Assembly: GCA_046754465.1 (NCBI GenBank)
Contig: JBHHVU010000028.1
Coordinates: forward strand, 1-39,094
Reading direction: 5' to 3'
DNA from: Nitrospinaceae bacterium
Lineage (GTDB): Bacteria > Nitrospinota > Nitrospinia > Nitrospinales > VA-1
Length of the DNA: 39,094 bases
Part shown: one piece after another, positions 19,729-30,043 of the stretch
Layout of the letters: each line of letters starts with the position of its first letter
Position numbering within the stretch: position 1 is the stretch's first letter
Notes under the pieces: model-generated
Databases searched by the model: none
The model's input: only the letters and a program-made list of their open reading frames with translations
Told to the model about the DNA's origin: nothing
Position numbers and translations under genes: made by a program

Positions 19729-20657
19729 TTTCAAACACAGTGCCGATGAAAAAGATCAAGGAAATGACCCGCGAGGAAGGGATAGCTCCGGGAACCCCGC
19801 TCTGCGCGGGATGCGGCGGCCTGGAAGCGCTGCGTCTGGTACAGAAGGAACTGGGGAACGATGTTTTGTACACCAACGCGGCGGGCTGTTTCACGCTGCT
19901 CTCGGTGTATCCTTTCACCCCGTTCCGGGGATCGTGGCTTTACACATCGATGTCTTCCCCCGCCGCCGCGGCCCAGGGCGTGCGCGACGCGCTGGACGTG
20001 CGTATGCAAAAACACGGCTTGCCGAAAACCGAGGACCTGCAAGTGATGGTGGTCGCCGGAGACGGGTCGACTTTCGACATGGGCCTCGCCCCCACTTCCG
20101 CGGCGATTCACCGCGGTCTGGATTTCTTCTACTTCTGCTACGACAACGAGGGCTATGGCAACACCGGTTTTCAACTTTCGGCGTCCAGCCCCTATGGCAG
20201 CGCGACCCAGACGAGTCCGGGCACCCCCATTCACCCCGCCGGGGCGGAACAGAATAAAAAGAACCTGTTCGATATCTGGATGGCCCACAACCCGGTATAC
20301 CTGGCCACGATATCCCCACGGGAACCCGTGGACCTGACGAACAAGATCCGCAAGGCGAAACAGTTGAAGGGTCCAAAACTGATCCTCAGCCTCTCGCCCT
20401 GTCCGACGGGTTGGGGGTTCGACCCGCAAGAAACTAACGTGATCGCCAAACTGGCGGTGGATACGGGGATTTTTCCGCTGAAAGAATATTGTGAAGGGCG
20501 CCTAGTCCATACCAAACGTCCCCGCAAACGCGTCAGCGTCGAGAAATACCTCGAGCGGCAGAAAAGGTTTCGCCACCTCTTTTTTCCCCAGCGCCAGGAT
20601 GAGGTGATCGCCAGGATTCAGAAAAACATCGATGAATACTGGGGGCGTTATGAATAA
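19725..20657 (+). CDS. porB: 2-oxoacid:ferredoxin oxidoreductase beta subunit (TPP-binding)
   Basis: CAGCG, AGC, GDG...DNEGYGNTG TPP motif, SPCPTGW; ATGA overlap. Confidence 0.93.
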   Translation: MISNTVPMKKIKEMTREEGIAPGTPLCAGCGGLEALRLVQKELGNDVLYTNAAGCFTLLSVYPFTPFRGSWLYTSMSSPAAAAQGVRDALDVRMQKHGLPKTEDLQVMVVAGDGSTFDMGLAPTSAAIHRGLDFFYFCYDNEGYGNTGFQLSASSPYGSATQTSPGTPIHPAGAEQNKKNLFDIWMAHNPVYLATISPREPVDLTNKIRKAKQLKGPKLILSLSPCPTGWGFDPQETNVIAKLAVDTGIFPLKEYCEGRLVHTKRPRKRVSVEKYLERQKRFRHLFFPQRQDEVIARIQKNIDEYWGRYE

Positions 20658-22818
20658 AACCATCCTTTCAGAGATGCCGGTGGAAGCTGAAAAAGGGAGG
20701 GTGAGTCTTCCTGCTTTGCTGGAGGGGTTTTTTGCTCCCAGGACGGTCGCCGTCATCGGGGCTTCCAACCATCCGGGCAACCTGGGCCGGCGGACCATGG
20801 AAAGCATCGCCGCCCAGGGATTCCCCGGAAAAGTGATCGCCGTTCACCCGAAAGGAGAACCGATTCCCCCTTTCTCCGCGGTGCGATCGGTGGCGGATTT
20901 GCCTGATGGAACGGACCTTGTGATCGCCGCCGTTCCAGCCCGACATGTTCCATCGCTGGTGGAACCGCTGGCGGGAAAGGGAGTCCGTCATCTGATCGTA
21001 ATCAGCGGAGGGTTCTCCGAATCGGGGGAAGAAGGCCGGAAACTTCAAGAGAAACTCAAAAGGGAGGCGGAACGGTTTGGGATGCGCGTCATCGGTCCGA
21101 ACGGCATGGGGGTGTTCAGCGCCTCCCACCGGTTCAACAGCTTTTTCCTGTCACCGGGGCAGATCACTCTTCCCCCTCCGGGCCCGGTCTCCATCATTTC
21201 TCAAAGCGGCTCCATTTTGTCGCTGATGCTCGACCGGTTCGCGGGCCTGGGAATCGGAGTTTCCCGAGCGGTCAACTTTGGCAACCGGGTGGATGTCGGG
21301 GAATGCGAACTGCTGGAGGCCTTCGCGGAAGACCCGGGGATCCAGGTAATCGGACTTTATCTGGAAAGCGTAGAGGATGGATCCCGGTTTGTCGAAATCG
21401 CCCGCAAAGTGGGACGCGAAAAACCAATCGTCATCTGGAAAGGGGGTCACGCTAGCAAGGGCAACCACGCCGCCTTCGCCCATTCGGCATCGCTTGCCGG
21501 GTCCTACGAAGTTTTCCAGGCCGCCTGCGCCAAGGCGGGGATGATAGAAGTTCAGGGATTCGAAGAGTTCACCGATGCCCTGCGGACGCTTTCCCTGCAG
21601 GCACCCGCCAAGGGACGCCGCACCCTCATCGTGTCGAATGGGGGAGGAATGGGGGTCTTCCTCACTGACCTGTGTGAAAAGGCCGGACTGGCCTTGCCGG
21701 TCCCCTCTCAATCCGCCCAGGATTCCCTGAGAAAATTTCTCCCGGGGTACTATTCGTTAAGAAACCCGATCGATCTCACGGGAATGGGAACCAACGAACA
21801 ATGTGTCGTGGCGGTCGAGGAACTTCTGGCCACCGGGGAATTCGACTGTCTTCTGATGGTCCTGCTTCCCGGCACGGAAGGAATCACTCCCGCCATCGGT
21901 TCCCTGTTCCACAACCGGCTCCCCAAAAACCTGCCGGTGGTGGTTGGGACTTATGGGCCGGAAATGGCTTGCGGAATGCGCGCGGAATTCATGAAGGACC
22001 GCATTCCCGTGTTCGATTCCGCGGAAGCCACGGTCAAGGCCATGGAAATCCTGGTCCAACGAGGAAGATCGCTGAGGGAAGTTCATATTCCCCGCCTGGA
22101 AAGAACCAAAGGCTATCAAGCGGACCAAATCAGGGGCTGGATCGGGGGCACCCATTCCCCGGATGAAATGGAAATCAAGGATCTCCTCCAACGGTGCGGG
22201 GTCCAGGTTCCTCCCCATCGCCATCTGAAAACGTTGGGGGACCTGGCAGCAGCTTCATGGGAACTGAATTTTCCCATGGTGCTGAAGGCGGTGGCGCCCG
22301 ATATAAAACACAAGACCGAAATCCGGGCTCTAAAACTTCACATCAACAACCGCGAGGACCTGTTTCGGGAATGGAAGGTCCTGTCCACCACCTGGCCGGG
22401 CGCCGTGTGGGTGGAGGAAGAGATGCCGCCCGGCCTGGACCTCATGGCCGGGGCGCACCGGGACCCCCAATTCGGGCCGGTCCTGGTTTTCGGGACCGGG
22501 GGACAATATGTCGAGGTCCTGAGGGATATCCAACGCCTTCTTCTCCCGGCCACAGATGACGAACTGTTCAACCTGGTGTTCTCCACCCGGGCCGGGAAAA
22601 TCATTCAGGGAGTCCGGGGTGAAACGGAACGGGACATACAGGGATTGATCGATTTCCTGAAACTGGTCTCGGACTGGATGACCGGGGAACCCGAAATTGA
22701 ATCAATGGATTTTAATCCTGTCCGCCTTTACCAAAAGGGGCTGGGTGTGCTGGACGCGAAAATCACTTTGCGGAATCCAGTGGAAAGGAGGGAGGTTTAT
22801 GAGCACGCACTATATTGA
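20650..22818 (+). CDS. ADP-forming acyl/acetate-CoA synthetase, fused alpha-beta (ACD)
   Basis: VAVIGAS, SGGFSE, IGPNGMG, SQSG, GNRVD, AHSASLAG (phospho-His), NPIDL, ATP-grasp part with HKTE, GPVLVFGTGG, DFNP. Confidence 0.9.
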   Translation: MNKTILSEMPVEAEKGRVSLPALLEGFFAPRTVAVIGASNHPGNLGRRTMESIAAQGFPGKVIAVHPKGEPIPPFSAVRSVADLPDGTDLVIAAVPARHVPSLVEPLAGKGVRHLIVISGGFSESGEEGRKLQEKLKREAERFGMRVIGPNGMGVFSASHRFNSFFLSPGQITLPPPGPVSIISQSGSILSLMLDRFAGLGIGVSRAVNFGNRVDVGECELLEAFAEDPGIQVIGLYLESVEDGSRFVEIARKVGREKPIVIWKGGHASKGNHAAFAHSASLAGSYEVFQAACAKAGMIEVQGFEEFTDALRTLSLQAPAKGRRTLIVSNGGGMGVFLTDLCEKAGLALPVPSQSAQDSLRKFLPGYYSLRNPIDLTGMGTNEQCVVAVEELLATGEFDCLLMVLLPGTEGITPAIGSLFHNRLPKNLPVVVGTYGPEMACGMRAEFMKDRIPVFDSAEATVKAMEILVQRGRSLREVHIPRLERTKGYQADQIRGWIGGTHSPDEMEIKDLLQRCGVQVPPHRHLKTLGDLAAASWELNFPMVLKAVAPDIKHKTEIRALKLHINNREDLFREWKVLSTTWPGAVWVEEEMPPGLDLMAGAHRDPQFGPVLVFGTGGQYVEVLRDIQRLLLPATDDELFNLVFSTRAGKIIQGVRGETERDIQGLIDFLKLVSDWMTGEPEIESMDFNPVRLYQKGLGVLDAKITLRNPVERREVYEHALY

Positions 22819-23905
22819 TAATTTCGCCGATGATTTCGGACCTGAAAAAATTATTCACATTTATGAACCGAAGTCCCAGCTTCGGGCCATCGTGGCAATC
22901 GACAACCTTTCGCTGGGACCGGCGATTGGGGGTTGCCGGATGGCGCCGGACGTGAGTACGCGGGAAGTGTTCCGGCTGGCCCGCGCCATGACGCTCAAAA
23001 ACGCCCTGGCCAATCTCCCTCATGGCGGCGCGAAATCCGCCATTCTCGCCGATCCCTCCTCCATGGCCAAGGAAGTCCTGGTCCGGGCATTTGCCGTGGC
23101 CATCCGGGGATTGACCGATTACATTCCCGGACCAGATATGGGAACGGATGAACAGTGCATGGCGTATATCCACGATGAAATCGGCCGCGCGGTGGGCCTG
23201 CCCAGACTGCTGGGGGGACTGCCCCTGGATGAGTTGGGTATGACAGGATATGGATTGGCCATAGCGGCGGACATGGCCTCGGAAAAACTCGGCTTTCCCC
23301 TGAAAGGCGCCCGCGTGGTGATTCAGGGTTTTGGAAGTGTTGGAAAATCCGTGGCCAAATTCCTCCTGGAACGCGGAGCCAAGGTAATCGCTACCAGTGA
23401 CTCCAAGGGGGGAATTTATAATCCGGATGGAATCGATATCCCCACCCTGATCGAATTCAAGGCGTCGGGGGTCAGCGTCGCGGAATCCGGCCTGGGAACT
23501 CCCATGGGCAAGGAAGACATCCTCACTCAGGAGTCGGATATTTTCATCCCGGCGGCGCGGCCAGACGTTTTCAACGAGGCCAACCAACACCTGCTGCGAA
23601 CCTGGCTGGTATTGGAGGGCGCGAATATCCCCATCACCCACGAAGCAGCGAAACTCCTCCACGAACGCGAGATCATGGTGATTCCGGATGTGATCGCCAA
23701 CAGCGGCGGCGTCATTTGCGCCTCGGTGGAGTGCCAGGGACTTTCGGAAACGGTGGCCTACGAAAAAATCAAGACCACCATCACCAATAATATGGAGGAA
23801 CTGCTGGAACGGGTCGCGGATGAAAAACGGCCGCCCCACGAAGTGGCCCAGCGAATGGCCCAGGAAAGGATCACCCAGGCCATGGCGTACCGGGCTCATA
23901 TGTAA
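22799..23905 (+). CDS. Glu/Leu/Phe/Val amino-acid dehydrogenase (368 aa)
   Basis: GGCRM, AMTLK, GGAKS, GPDMGT, QGFGSVG, EGAN, PDVIANSGGV; GGAGG RBS; overlaps the ACD 3' end. Confidence 0.92.
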   Translation: MSTHYIDNFADDFGPEKIIHIYEPKSQLRAIVAIDNLSLGPAIGGCRMAPDVSTREVFRLARAMTLKNALANLPHGGAKSAILADPSSMAKEVLVRAFAVAIRGLTDYIPGPDMGTDEQCMAYIHDEIGRAVGLPRLLGGLPLDELGMTGYGLAIAADMASEKLGFPLKGARVVIQGFGSVGKSVAKFLLERGAKVIATSDSKGGIYNPDGIDIPTLIEFKASGVSVAESGLGTPMGKEDILTQESDIFIPAARPDVFNEANQHLLRTWLVLEGANIPITHEAAKLLHEREIMVIPDVIANSGGVICASVECQGLSETVAYEKIKTTITNNMEELLERVADEKRPPHEVAQRMAQERITQAMAYRAHM

Positions 23906-23925
23906 AAAAGCCGGAACTTTTTCGG

Positions 23926-23962
23926 AAGCCCGTTCCCGCCTCACCTGGCGGGAGCGGGTTTT
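23926..23962 (+). terminator. Rho-independent terminator of the por-acd-dehydrogenase operon
   Basis: AAGCCCGTTCCCGCC-tcacct-GGCGGGAGCGGGTTTT hairpin 20 nt after the stop codon. Confidence 0.7.
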
Positions 23963-24147
23963 CAATTCATCCCGCACCACCGGCCGGGGTTTCCCTTCGA
24001 CCGGGAATGTTCCCCCTTCAACTCTTTTCACGGGAAAGAGAATGCCCGGGCCATCTTGAATTCCCCATGAATTTAAGCAATAATTCAAACGCGGGTTCAC
24101 CCGGATGGAAGAATTTCCTCTCCCATGCCTGTCCTGAATGATCCAAA

Positions 24148-24999
24148 GTGGACTTATCCTTCATCATAGTCAACTACCGGAACAGCGACACCCTGCCGGA
24201 TTGCCTGGATTCCATTTACCAGACGGCGCGGGGAATTGATTTTGAGGTGATCGTCATCGATAACAATTCCGGGGACGCGGGCCTCGAAAAAGTGGAGGAA
24301 CGTTTCCCGCGAGCCCGGTTTATCAAAAACCCCGCCAACGCGGGGTTCGCAAAGGCAAACAACCAGGCCGCCGGACTGTCGCGTGGAGATGTCCTCCTCT
24401 TCCTTAACCCGGACGCACGTTTGACCGATGAGGCTGTCACCGGCATGTGGGCTCACCTGCGCTCCCACCCCGGGATCGGGGTTTTGGGACCCAAGGTGCT
24501 GAATCCCGATGGCAACCTTCAGTATTCCTGCAGGAGATTCCCAACCCTTTGGACGGGTCTGTTTAACCGGTATTCGCTGGGGTCCCGTCTCTTTCCGGGC
24601 AACCGGTTCACCAGCCGTTACCTCATGACCGATTTCGACCACGAAAAGACTCGGGAAGTGGACTGGCTATCGGGATGCTGCATGATGATCCCCAGGAAAA
24701 TCTTCCGGGAGGTGGGAGGCTTCGATGAACATTATTTTCTTTTCAATGAAGACGTGGACCTATGCCAGACCCTGAAACAGCAGGGATACCGGGTGATTTA
24801 TTTTCCCCACGCCCGGGTGTTCCACCACATCGGCTCGAGCCGCGGGAAAACCGATACCCAAATCATCATCAAACGGCATCGCGGCATGCGTTACTATTAC
24901 CGGAAATTCGGTAATGGAAATTTGGTGTTTCGGGGCCTGGTTGATTCTCTGATCGCCCTGCGATGCCTTTCCCAGATTTTTCTCAATTGGTTCCGATGA
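24148..24999 (+). CDS. GT2 glycosyltransferase (WbbL/rhamnosyltransferase-like)
   Basis: IIVNY, DNNSGD, NAGFAKANN, LNPD, SGCCM, GFDEHYFLFNEDVDLC. Confidence 0.9.
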   Translation: MDLSFIIVNYRNSDTLPDCLDSIYQTARGIDFEVIVIDNNSGDAGLEKVEERFPRARFIKNPANAGFAKANNQAAGLSRGDVLLFLNPDARLTDEAVTGMWAHLRSHPGIGVLGPKVLNPDGNLQYSCRRFPTLWTGLFNRYSLGSRLFPGNRFTSRYLMTDFDHEKTREVDWLSGCCMMIPRKIFREVGGFDEHYFLFNEDVDLCQTLKQQGYRVIYFPHARVFHHIGSSRGKTDTQIIIKRHRGMRYYYRKFGNGNLVFRGLVDSLIALRCLSQIFLNWFR

Positions 25000-26078
25000 C
25001 CTTCGGCAGCTACCCCATCCCCGGACAAGTCTATCTCCTGGGCTATATCCTTGCCGTGACCTTGTCCTTCTGCATGACGCTGTTGCTGGTCAAGGCGGTG
25101 AGCCGGTCCAACGCCCTGACGCGCCTCCTGAACCGGCTTCCCATCTCCGCCGGGAAAAACGTAAGTCCCTTTGGGGGAATCGCCGTGATTCTTTCCTTTT
25201 TGATCACCCTTTGGGGCTTTTATTTTTTCGGCGTGGTGGATAAAAACAACGGCACATTGCTTCTGGTCATAACCCTGGGTATAGGAATGGTTTTCATCCT
25301 GGGAATTTATGATGATATTTACCACTGTTCCCCAAAATTCAAGCTGGGGGTGCAGGTCCTCATCGCCATCGTTCTTTATTTCTCCGGTTTTCAAATCGAG
25401 CGCATCGGTGGCCTTCTGGAGCTGAACCAGTTTTCCATTATTTTGACCATTGTCTGGATCGTGGGAATCACCAATTCCCTGAATCTGATCGACGGGGTGG
25501 ACGGCCTGGCCAGCGGGATCGTCTTCTTCTCCTGCCTGACACTGGTTTTCGTTTATCTGGAACGCAACATCATCGAAGCCTCGTTCCTGGCGGTGATTCT
25601 CGCGGGAAGCGTTCTGGGATTCTTCCTGTTCAATTTTCCCCCGGCCAAAATCATTCTGGGAGATACCGGAAGCCTTCCGATGGGTCTCATGGTTTCCCTG
25701 ATCACCCTTCTGCCCCTCAACCAGGGCCATACCGACGAGATTTATTATCTCATTCCGGTCATCACTTTACTGATCCCCATCATGGACACCACCTTCGCGT
25801 TTTTCCGGCGGATCTTCAAGGGGGTGAGCCCCTTTTCCAAGGACGCTGAACACATCCACCACCGGATGGGCAAGCTGGGGTTGTCGCCGGCCAAATCGAT
25901 CTGCCTGCTGTTCGGCATAGGCTTTTATTTCGATTTGAGTGCGATGGCTCCCGTATATCACATCAATCTCATTCCCAAATTCATCCCCATTTACTTTGTG
26001 TTCATCGTCCTGAACGTGGCCTTCCTGAGTTTTCTTTTGCGGCATTACGAAAAAAAGCGACGGCATGAATCCTCGTAA
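24996..26078 (+). CDS. MraY/WecA-family polyprenyl-phosphate sugar-1-phosphate transferase
   Basis: GGIAV, GIYDD, NLIDGVDGLA, FNFPPAKIILGDTGS, HIHH; ATGA overlap with the GT2 gene. Confidence 0.88.
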   Translation: MTFGSYPIPGQVYLLGYILAVTLSFCMTLLLVKAVSRSNALTRLLNRLPISAGKNVSPFGGIAVILSFLITLWGFYFFGVVDKNNGTLLLVITLGIGMVFILGIYDDIYHCSPKFKLGVQVLIAIVLYFSGFQIERIGGLLELNQFSIILTIVWIVGITNSLNLIDGVDGLASGIVFFSCLTLVFVYLERNIIEASFLAVILAGSVLGFFLFNFPPAKIILGDTGSLPMGLMVSLITLLPLNQGHTDEIYYLIPVITLLIPIMDTTFAFFRRIFKGVSPFSKDAEHIHHRMGKLGLSPAKSICLLFGIGFYFDLSAMAPVYHINLIPKFIPIYFVFIVLNVAFLSFLLRHYEKKRRHESS

Positions 26079-28128
26079 TCCCGGCAGCGAGAACCGGCGT
26101 TTTTTCATTCCGCTGACGGCGCTGTTCCTCCTCATCGTCCTCGCCTACGCCAACACCTTTTACTCGCCGTTCAACTATGACGACGAGGCGGTCATCCACC
26201 GCGACATCAAGGAAGCCGGAGAGCGCTTTTTCCAGGTTTATCCGCCGCAATACCGGCACGTGTTTTACCTGAGCCTCGCCCTGAACTACCGTTGGGGCCG
26301 CGCCGACCCGTTCGGGTACCACCTGGTCAACCTGCTGCTTCACCTTTTGACCTCGGGGCTGGTCTTATTCATCACCTTCTTCACGATAAACCGGGGGACG
26401 CCATGGGGCAAGGAGGCGGCTGTTTCGATCTCCCTGCTCACCGCTTTTCTTTTCGCGTTGAACCCGGTTCAATCGGAAACGGTGACCTACATTTCAGGGA
26501 GGGCGAGCGGTCTGGCGGGGTTTTTCTATCTTTTGTCCCTGCTCCTGTTTATTCTGGGCAGCCTGAAAGAAAAACCCTTCCGGTTTTCCACGCCGATCCT
26601 TTACCTTATTTCCCTCGCGTCATTTTTCCTGGCCGTGCTCAGCAAGGAAATCAGCGTCACGTTTCCGGCGGTGATCGTCTTGTACGACGCCTTCATCATG
26701 CGCGGGGAAAAATGGGGTCCGTTCAAGGAGCGTCTTTTCTATTACTACTTACCCGTTCCTATTTTCGCCGTGATTTTCCTGGTTCAAACCCCCTCGCTAG
26801 GGACCCTGATCCGCCAATGGCTTCCCAAAATCGATCCGGCGTATGCTCTGTCCCAATTGGCTGTGATCGGGTACGCGGTCAAGCTGTATTTCTTTCCCGT
26901 CAACCTGACGTTCGACTACGATTTTCCGGGCGGGTTTTTCGTCCGGTTCCTGGGCTGGATCGGCGCGATGCTCATCGTTTCGGCCCTGTTGCTGGCGGCC
27001 CTGGGAAAATTCTGGCGCGCCCCGGCGCTCTTCATTTTTTCCATCCTCTGGTTCCTGATCACCATCGCGCCGACCAACAGCTTCCTGCCCCGCCCCGATC
27101 TCTTGAGCGAGAGAAACCTGTATTTGCCGTCGTTCGGCCTGAGCGTCCTGCTGGCCGCGCCGATGCACCTGCTCTTTTTCGCCAGCGGAAAACATCCCTT
27201 CCGCCCTGTTTTGGGAGTGTGCTGCCTGGCCGTCCTGTTGAGTTCCAATGCCGCGCTCCTGGTCCAGAGAAATTCCGTCTACCGGTCCAACGTCCTGCTG
27301 TGGGAGGACACCCTCCGCAAATCGCCGGGAAAACTGCGGGCGCTGCACAACTTGAGTCATTTTTACCTGAAGGAAAAAAATTATCCCAAGGCGCTGGTCA
27401 CGCTAAAAAAATTATCCGAATCCAACGCCTCACCGTTTTACCTTTCCTTCGCCCACACCAACCTGGGCAGCCTCTACAGCCAGTTGGGAAAGGAGGATCT
27501 GGCGGAAAGGGAATTCAAGGAAGCCATTCGCGCCGATTCCACCATACCCACCGGCCATTACAACCTGGCGTCTCTCTACGCCTCCCGGGGCCAATTTTCC
27601 CAGGCCATCGCGGAATACGAAAAGGCCGACGAGAGGTATAGGAATTACCGGTGGGGTTACCCGAGGCCGCCGGAGCTGTCCCTCAACAAGGCCCGGGTCT
27701 ATCTGAAACTGGGAAGATATGAAGAGGCGGAAAAGGCGATCAAAACCTACCTGGAACAGACCCGGGATCCGGGCGAGGGGAGGCTGATCCTCGGCCAGAT
27801 CCAGGCCGCGGCCGGGCGAAAGGAGCAGGCGCTGGAATCGTTCAGAAATACCGAGGGAAAGCCCGCGCTCCGGGCCAGGGCGCATAACAACGCCGGTATC
27901 GTGCTGATCGGCCAGGGCAAGGTTCAGGAAGCCATCCGCGAGTTTGAGCAGGCACTGGAATTCAACCCCAACTTGCCGGACGCGCATTTCAACCTGGGGT
28001 CCCTGCTCCTGGAAACCCAGGGCGGGGGGACAAAGGCCCGAGCGCACCTGGAAAAGGCGCGGGCACTGAACCGGGACCCCGCGCGGGACGACCTCATCCG
28101 CGCCCGGTTACGCCAACTGGACCCCTGA
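26065..28128 (+). CDS. TMTC-like GT-C membrane glycosyltransferase with C-terminal TPR array
   Basis: FNYDD loop, YHLVNLLLH, LFALNPVQSETVTYISGR, SKE, ERNLYLPS, LWEDT, then multiple TPRs. Confidence 0.85.
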   Translation: MNPRNPGSENRRFFIPLTALFLLIVLAYANTFYSPFNYDDEAVIHRDIKEAGERFFQVYPPQYRHVFYLSLALNYRWGRADPFGYHLVNLLLHLLTSGLVLFITFFTINRGTPWGKEAAVSISLLTAFLFALNPVQSETVTYISGRASGLAGFFYLLSLLLFILGSLKEKPFRFSTPILYLISLASFFLAVLSKEISVTFPAVIVLYDAFIMRGEKWGPFKERLFYYYLPVPIFAVIFLVQTPSLGTLIRQWLPKIDPAYALSQLAVIGYAVKLYFFPVNLTFDYDFPGGFFVRFLGWIGAMLIVSALLLAALGKFWRAPALFIFSILWFLITIAPTNSFLPRPDLLSERNLYLPSFGLSVLLAAPMHLLFFASGKHPFRPVLGVCCLAVLLSSNAALLVQRNSVYRSNVLLWEDTLRKSPGKLRALHNLSHFYLKEKNYPKALVTLKKLSESNASPFYLSFAHTNLGSLYSQLGKEDLAEREFKEAIRADSTIPTGHYNLASLYASRGQFSQAIAEYEKADERYRNYRWGYPRPPELSLNKARVYLKLGRYEEAEKAIKTYLEQTRDPGEGRLILGQIQAAAGRKEQALESFRNTEGKPALRARAHNNAGIVLIGQGKVQEAIREFEQALEFNPNLPDAHFNLGSLLLETQGGGTKARAHLEKARALNRDPARDDLIRARLRQLDP

Positions 28129-28166
28129 ACGCCGCCTGGGCCGGCCCGCACCTCCCACCCATTTTT

Positions 28167-28196
28167 TTTGACAGGATGAACAGGATAGACAAGATA
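28167..28196 (+). repeat. Left boundary repeat: TTT plus three tandem 9-mers GACAGGATG/AACAGGATA/GACAAGATA
   Basis: Read directly from the sequence; 28167-28187 is the inverted copy of 30894-30914. Confidence 0.85.
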
Positions 28197-28269
28197 GGTG
28201 TAACCTCATAATACCGAAGGCCCTCAAGCAAAAATTTTCCAGGTTGCCGTTAAAAAAGGATTTGACGGG

Positions 28270-28386
28270 TTCCCGTTCAGAAGTCGGTTCTCCGGGAACG
28301 GTGTCCGGACCGTGTAAAAAAAAATATCCCAAATCCCTAAACCAGCCCAGAGCCGCCTCCTCAACGTGACTTTCGGCGAAGCGCAT
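28270..28386 (-). pseudogene. hsdR: N-terminal stub (~39 codons) of type I restriction endonuclease HsdR
   Basis: MRFAESHVEEAALGWFRDLGYFFLHGPDTVPGEPTSERE matches the HsdR N-terminal pattern (FxESxVExAALxW...LGY...HGP...PGE...ER); TAATG coupling to DUF4411; similarity stops afterwards. Confidence 0.75.
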
Positions 28387-28892
28387 TAGGCAACCTCCTG
28401 AGTTGAACCCAACACAAAGCGGGCGCGCTCGCGCCGAAGCATTTCATAGGGACTGACGCAGTGCAAGTTCAGGCCAATGCACGCATTAGGGATCTTGATC
28501 TTCCGTGTTGTATCCGAAGGCACTTCATGCGTAACGACTGTATAACCGTGAGCGAAAGCATGAGCCACCAGCCAATAATCGGCTACCTGCAGGAAAGTAG
28601 CCACAGCGGCGGGTTCATAGCTTTGCCTAGTCGCCCAGTTGCTGACCTGTGTAAGGGTAGGAGTTACCGCATTATCAGGAGGCAAAAAGAAGCCCCTGTC
28701 ACGAGCCGCCGCCCACTCAGAGAGCTCATCCTCACCGGCATGCAATTCGTCGCGGACCTTCTCAATACTGGCGACTTTGCCATCATTATTCTGTGCAACG
28801 AGCCAGTCCCAGAATGCAGGACAAAAATCCAAGCCATAATGCAGATTCTTGGCCTGTATGAAAACATTGGCATCAAACAAGTAACACGTCAT
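28386..28892 (-). CDS. DUF4411 family PIN-like nuclease-fold protein
   Basis: YLFDANVFIQAK, FCPAFWDWL, ADYWLVAHA, VVTHE, KIPNAC. Confidence 0.88.
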   Translation of the reverse strand: MTCYLFDANVFIQAKNLHYGLDFCPAFWDWLVAQNNDGKVASIEKVRDELHAGEDELSEWAAARDRGFFLPPDNAVTPTLTQVSNWATRQSYEPAAVATFLQVADYWLVAHAFAHGYTVVTHEVPSDTTRKIKIPNACIGLNLHCVSPYEMLRRERARFVLGSTQEVA

Positions 28893-30043
28893 GACAACAC
28901 TCCGACTTCTCGGCCAAGATTGCGAAAAGTCTTGCTCTTGGAAACCCCAAGCATTCGGAAAGCGTCACGATAAAGCGTTTGGCCTTCCAGCGTACTCATA
29001 ACGAGCGCCCGCGCAAATCGGCGACTGACACGGGTCAGGGTAGTGCGGTAGAAATTGCCTCCGCCCGCGCCACTCCTAGCCTTTTCCTGCAATCGCTTGA
29101 GTTCCTCGATCCAAGTAGCATCAAAGGTGATCCGATCCAGATAGCCTGCATCCAGCAACCGCCGGAGAATCACAAGCGTACTGACTTTGAACCGTTGCGC
29201 GAGACGCTGTAACGTTTGATTGAGAGGCTCCTCGTCGAGGATCTCTGTGCGCAGGATAGAAAGCGGCACCAAAAGTTCAGCCGCGACCTTATTACACCAG
29301 ACTTCTTCTTTGCGGCTTCCAATCACCGGCGCCACACCCATATTCGACAAAGCCGAGGAACCAAGCCAAAGATGCGCCAGCTCATGGGCCAGGGTAAACA
29401 TCTGCGCCGCCTTGGTGTCCGCACCATTGATAAAAACCAGGGGAGCCAGGGAGTCCGCGATGGCGAAACCTCGGAATTCGTCAGGGTTCAGGTGCCGCCG
29501 GTTGTTATTCAGAACCACTCCGCTAACCATTACCAGCATTCCAGCGCGGTCGGCCTGATGGATAAACATGCGGAGCGCTTCGGACCACGTAGGATAATTA
29601 CGTCGCGCCTCGAGATCGAAATCGAGAATCCCGCGCATATTATCCGCCACCACTTTGGGAGACGTTTGGAGCGTCACGCTTTTAACGAAGCTCACTTCGG
29701 GCTGGTGTGTGATTTGCGCGAACTCCCGGTACCAGGCCTGTCGCTCTTGGCATGCGTAAAGCGTATCCAAAAGATTTGGGCTAGGACGGGTTACGGCACG
29801 TCCGCCTACCGTACGGAAATCAGGAATAGGCAGGGTTTCTTCAGGTGGATGCGGCAGAAACAGATAGCCGATTGGCACGTGCAAAGCCCGTGCAAAAGCC
29901 TCTAACTGTTTCAATGTGGGTTGCAAAGTGCCATCTTCCCAGTCCGAAAGCTTTGGGAATCGCTGGGCGAGGTCCAGGATATCCAGCCCCGCGCGCTCAC
30001 ACGCCCAGCGCAAAAGGTCTGGATTGAGGGCAACCCGCGTCAT
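28889..30043 (-). CDS. XRE-type HTH plus ImmA/IrrE family zinc metallopeptidase
   Basis: N-terminal HTH (LLRWACERAG...PTLKQLEAFA), FRGFA, FTLAHELAH (HExxH), EVWCNKVAAELLVP. Confidence 0.92.
   Translation of the reverse strand: MTRVALNPDLLRWACERAGLDILDLAQRFPKLSDWEDGTLQPTLKQLEAFARALHVPIGYLFLPHPPEETLPIPDFRTVGGRAVTRPSPNLLDTLYACQERQAWYREFAQITHQPEVSFVKSVTLQTSPKVVADNMRGILDFDLEARRNYPTWSEALRMFIHQADRAGMLVMVSGVVLNNNRRHLNPDEFRGFAIADSLAPLVFINGADTKAAQMFTLAHELAHLWLGSSALSNMGVAPVIGSRKEEVWCNKVAAELLVPLSILRTEILDEEPLNQTLQRLAQRFKVSTLVILRRLLDAGYLDRITFDATWIEELKRLQEKARSGAGGGNFYRTTLTRVSRRFARALVMSTLEGQTLYRDAFRMLGVSKSKTFRNLGREVGVLS

Noticed and set aside
28167..28196. CRISPR array or IS terminal repeat
   Set aside because: The 9-bp units have no spacers; there are no cas genes, no transposase and no clear target duplication.
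28108..28386. 92-aa ORF as a real protein
   Set aside because: Only the first ~39 codons look like HsdR; the rest reads through the boundary repeat (LSCLSCSSCQK) and intergenic DNA.
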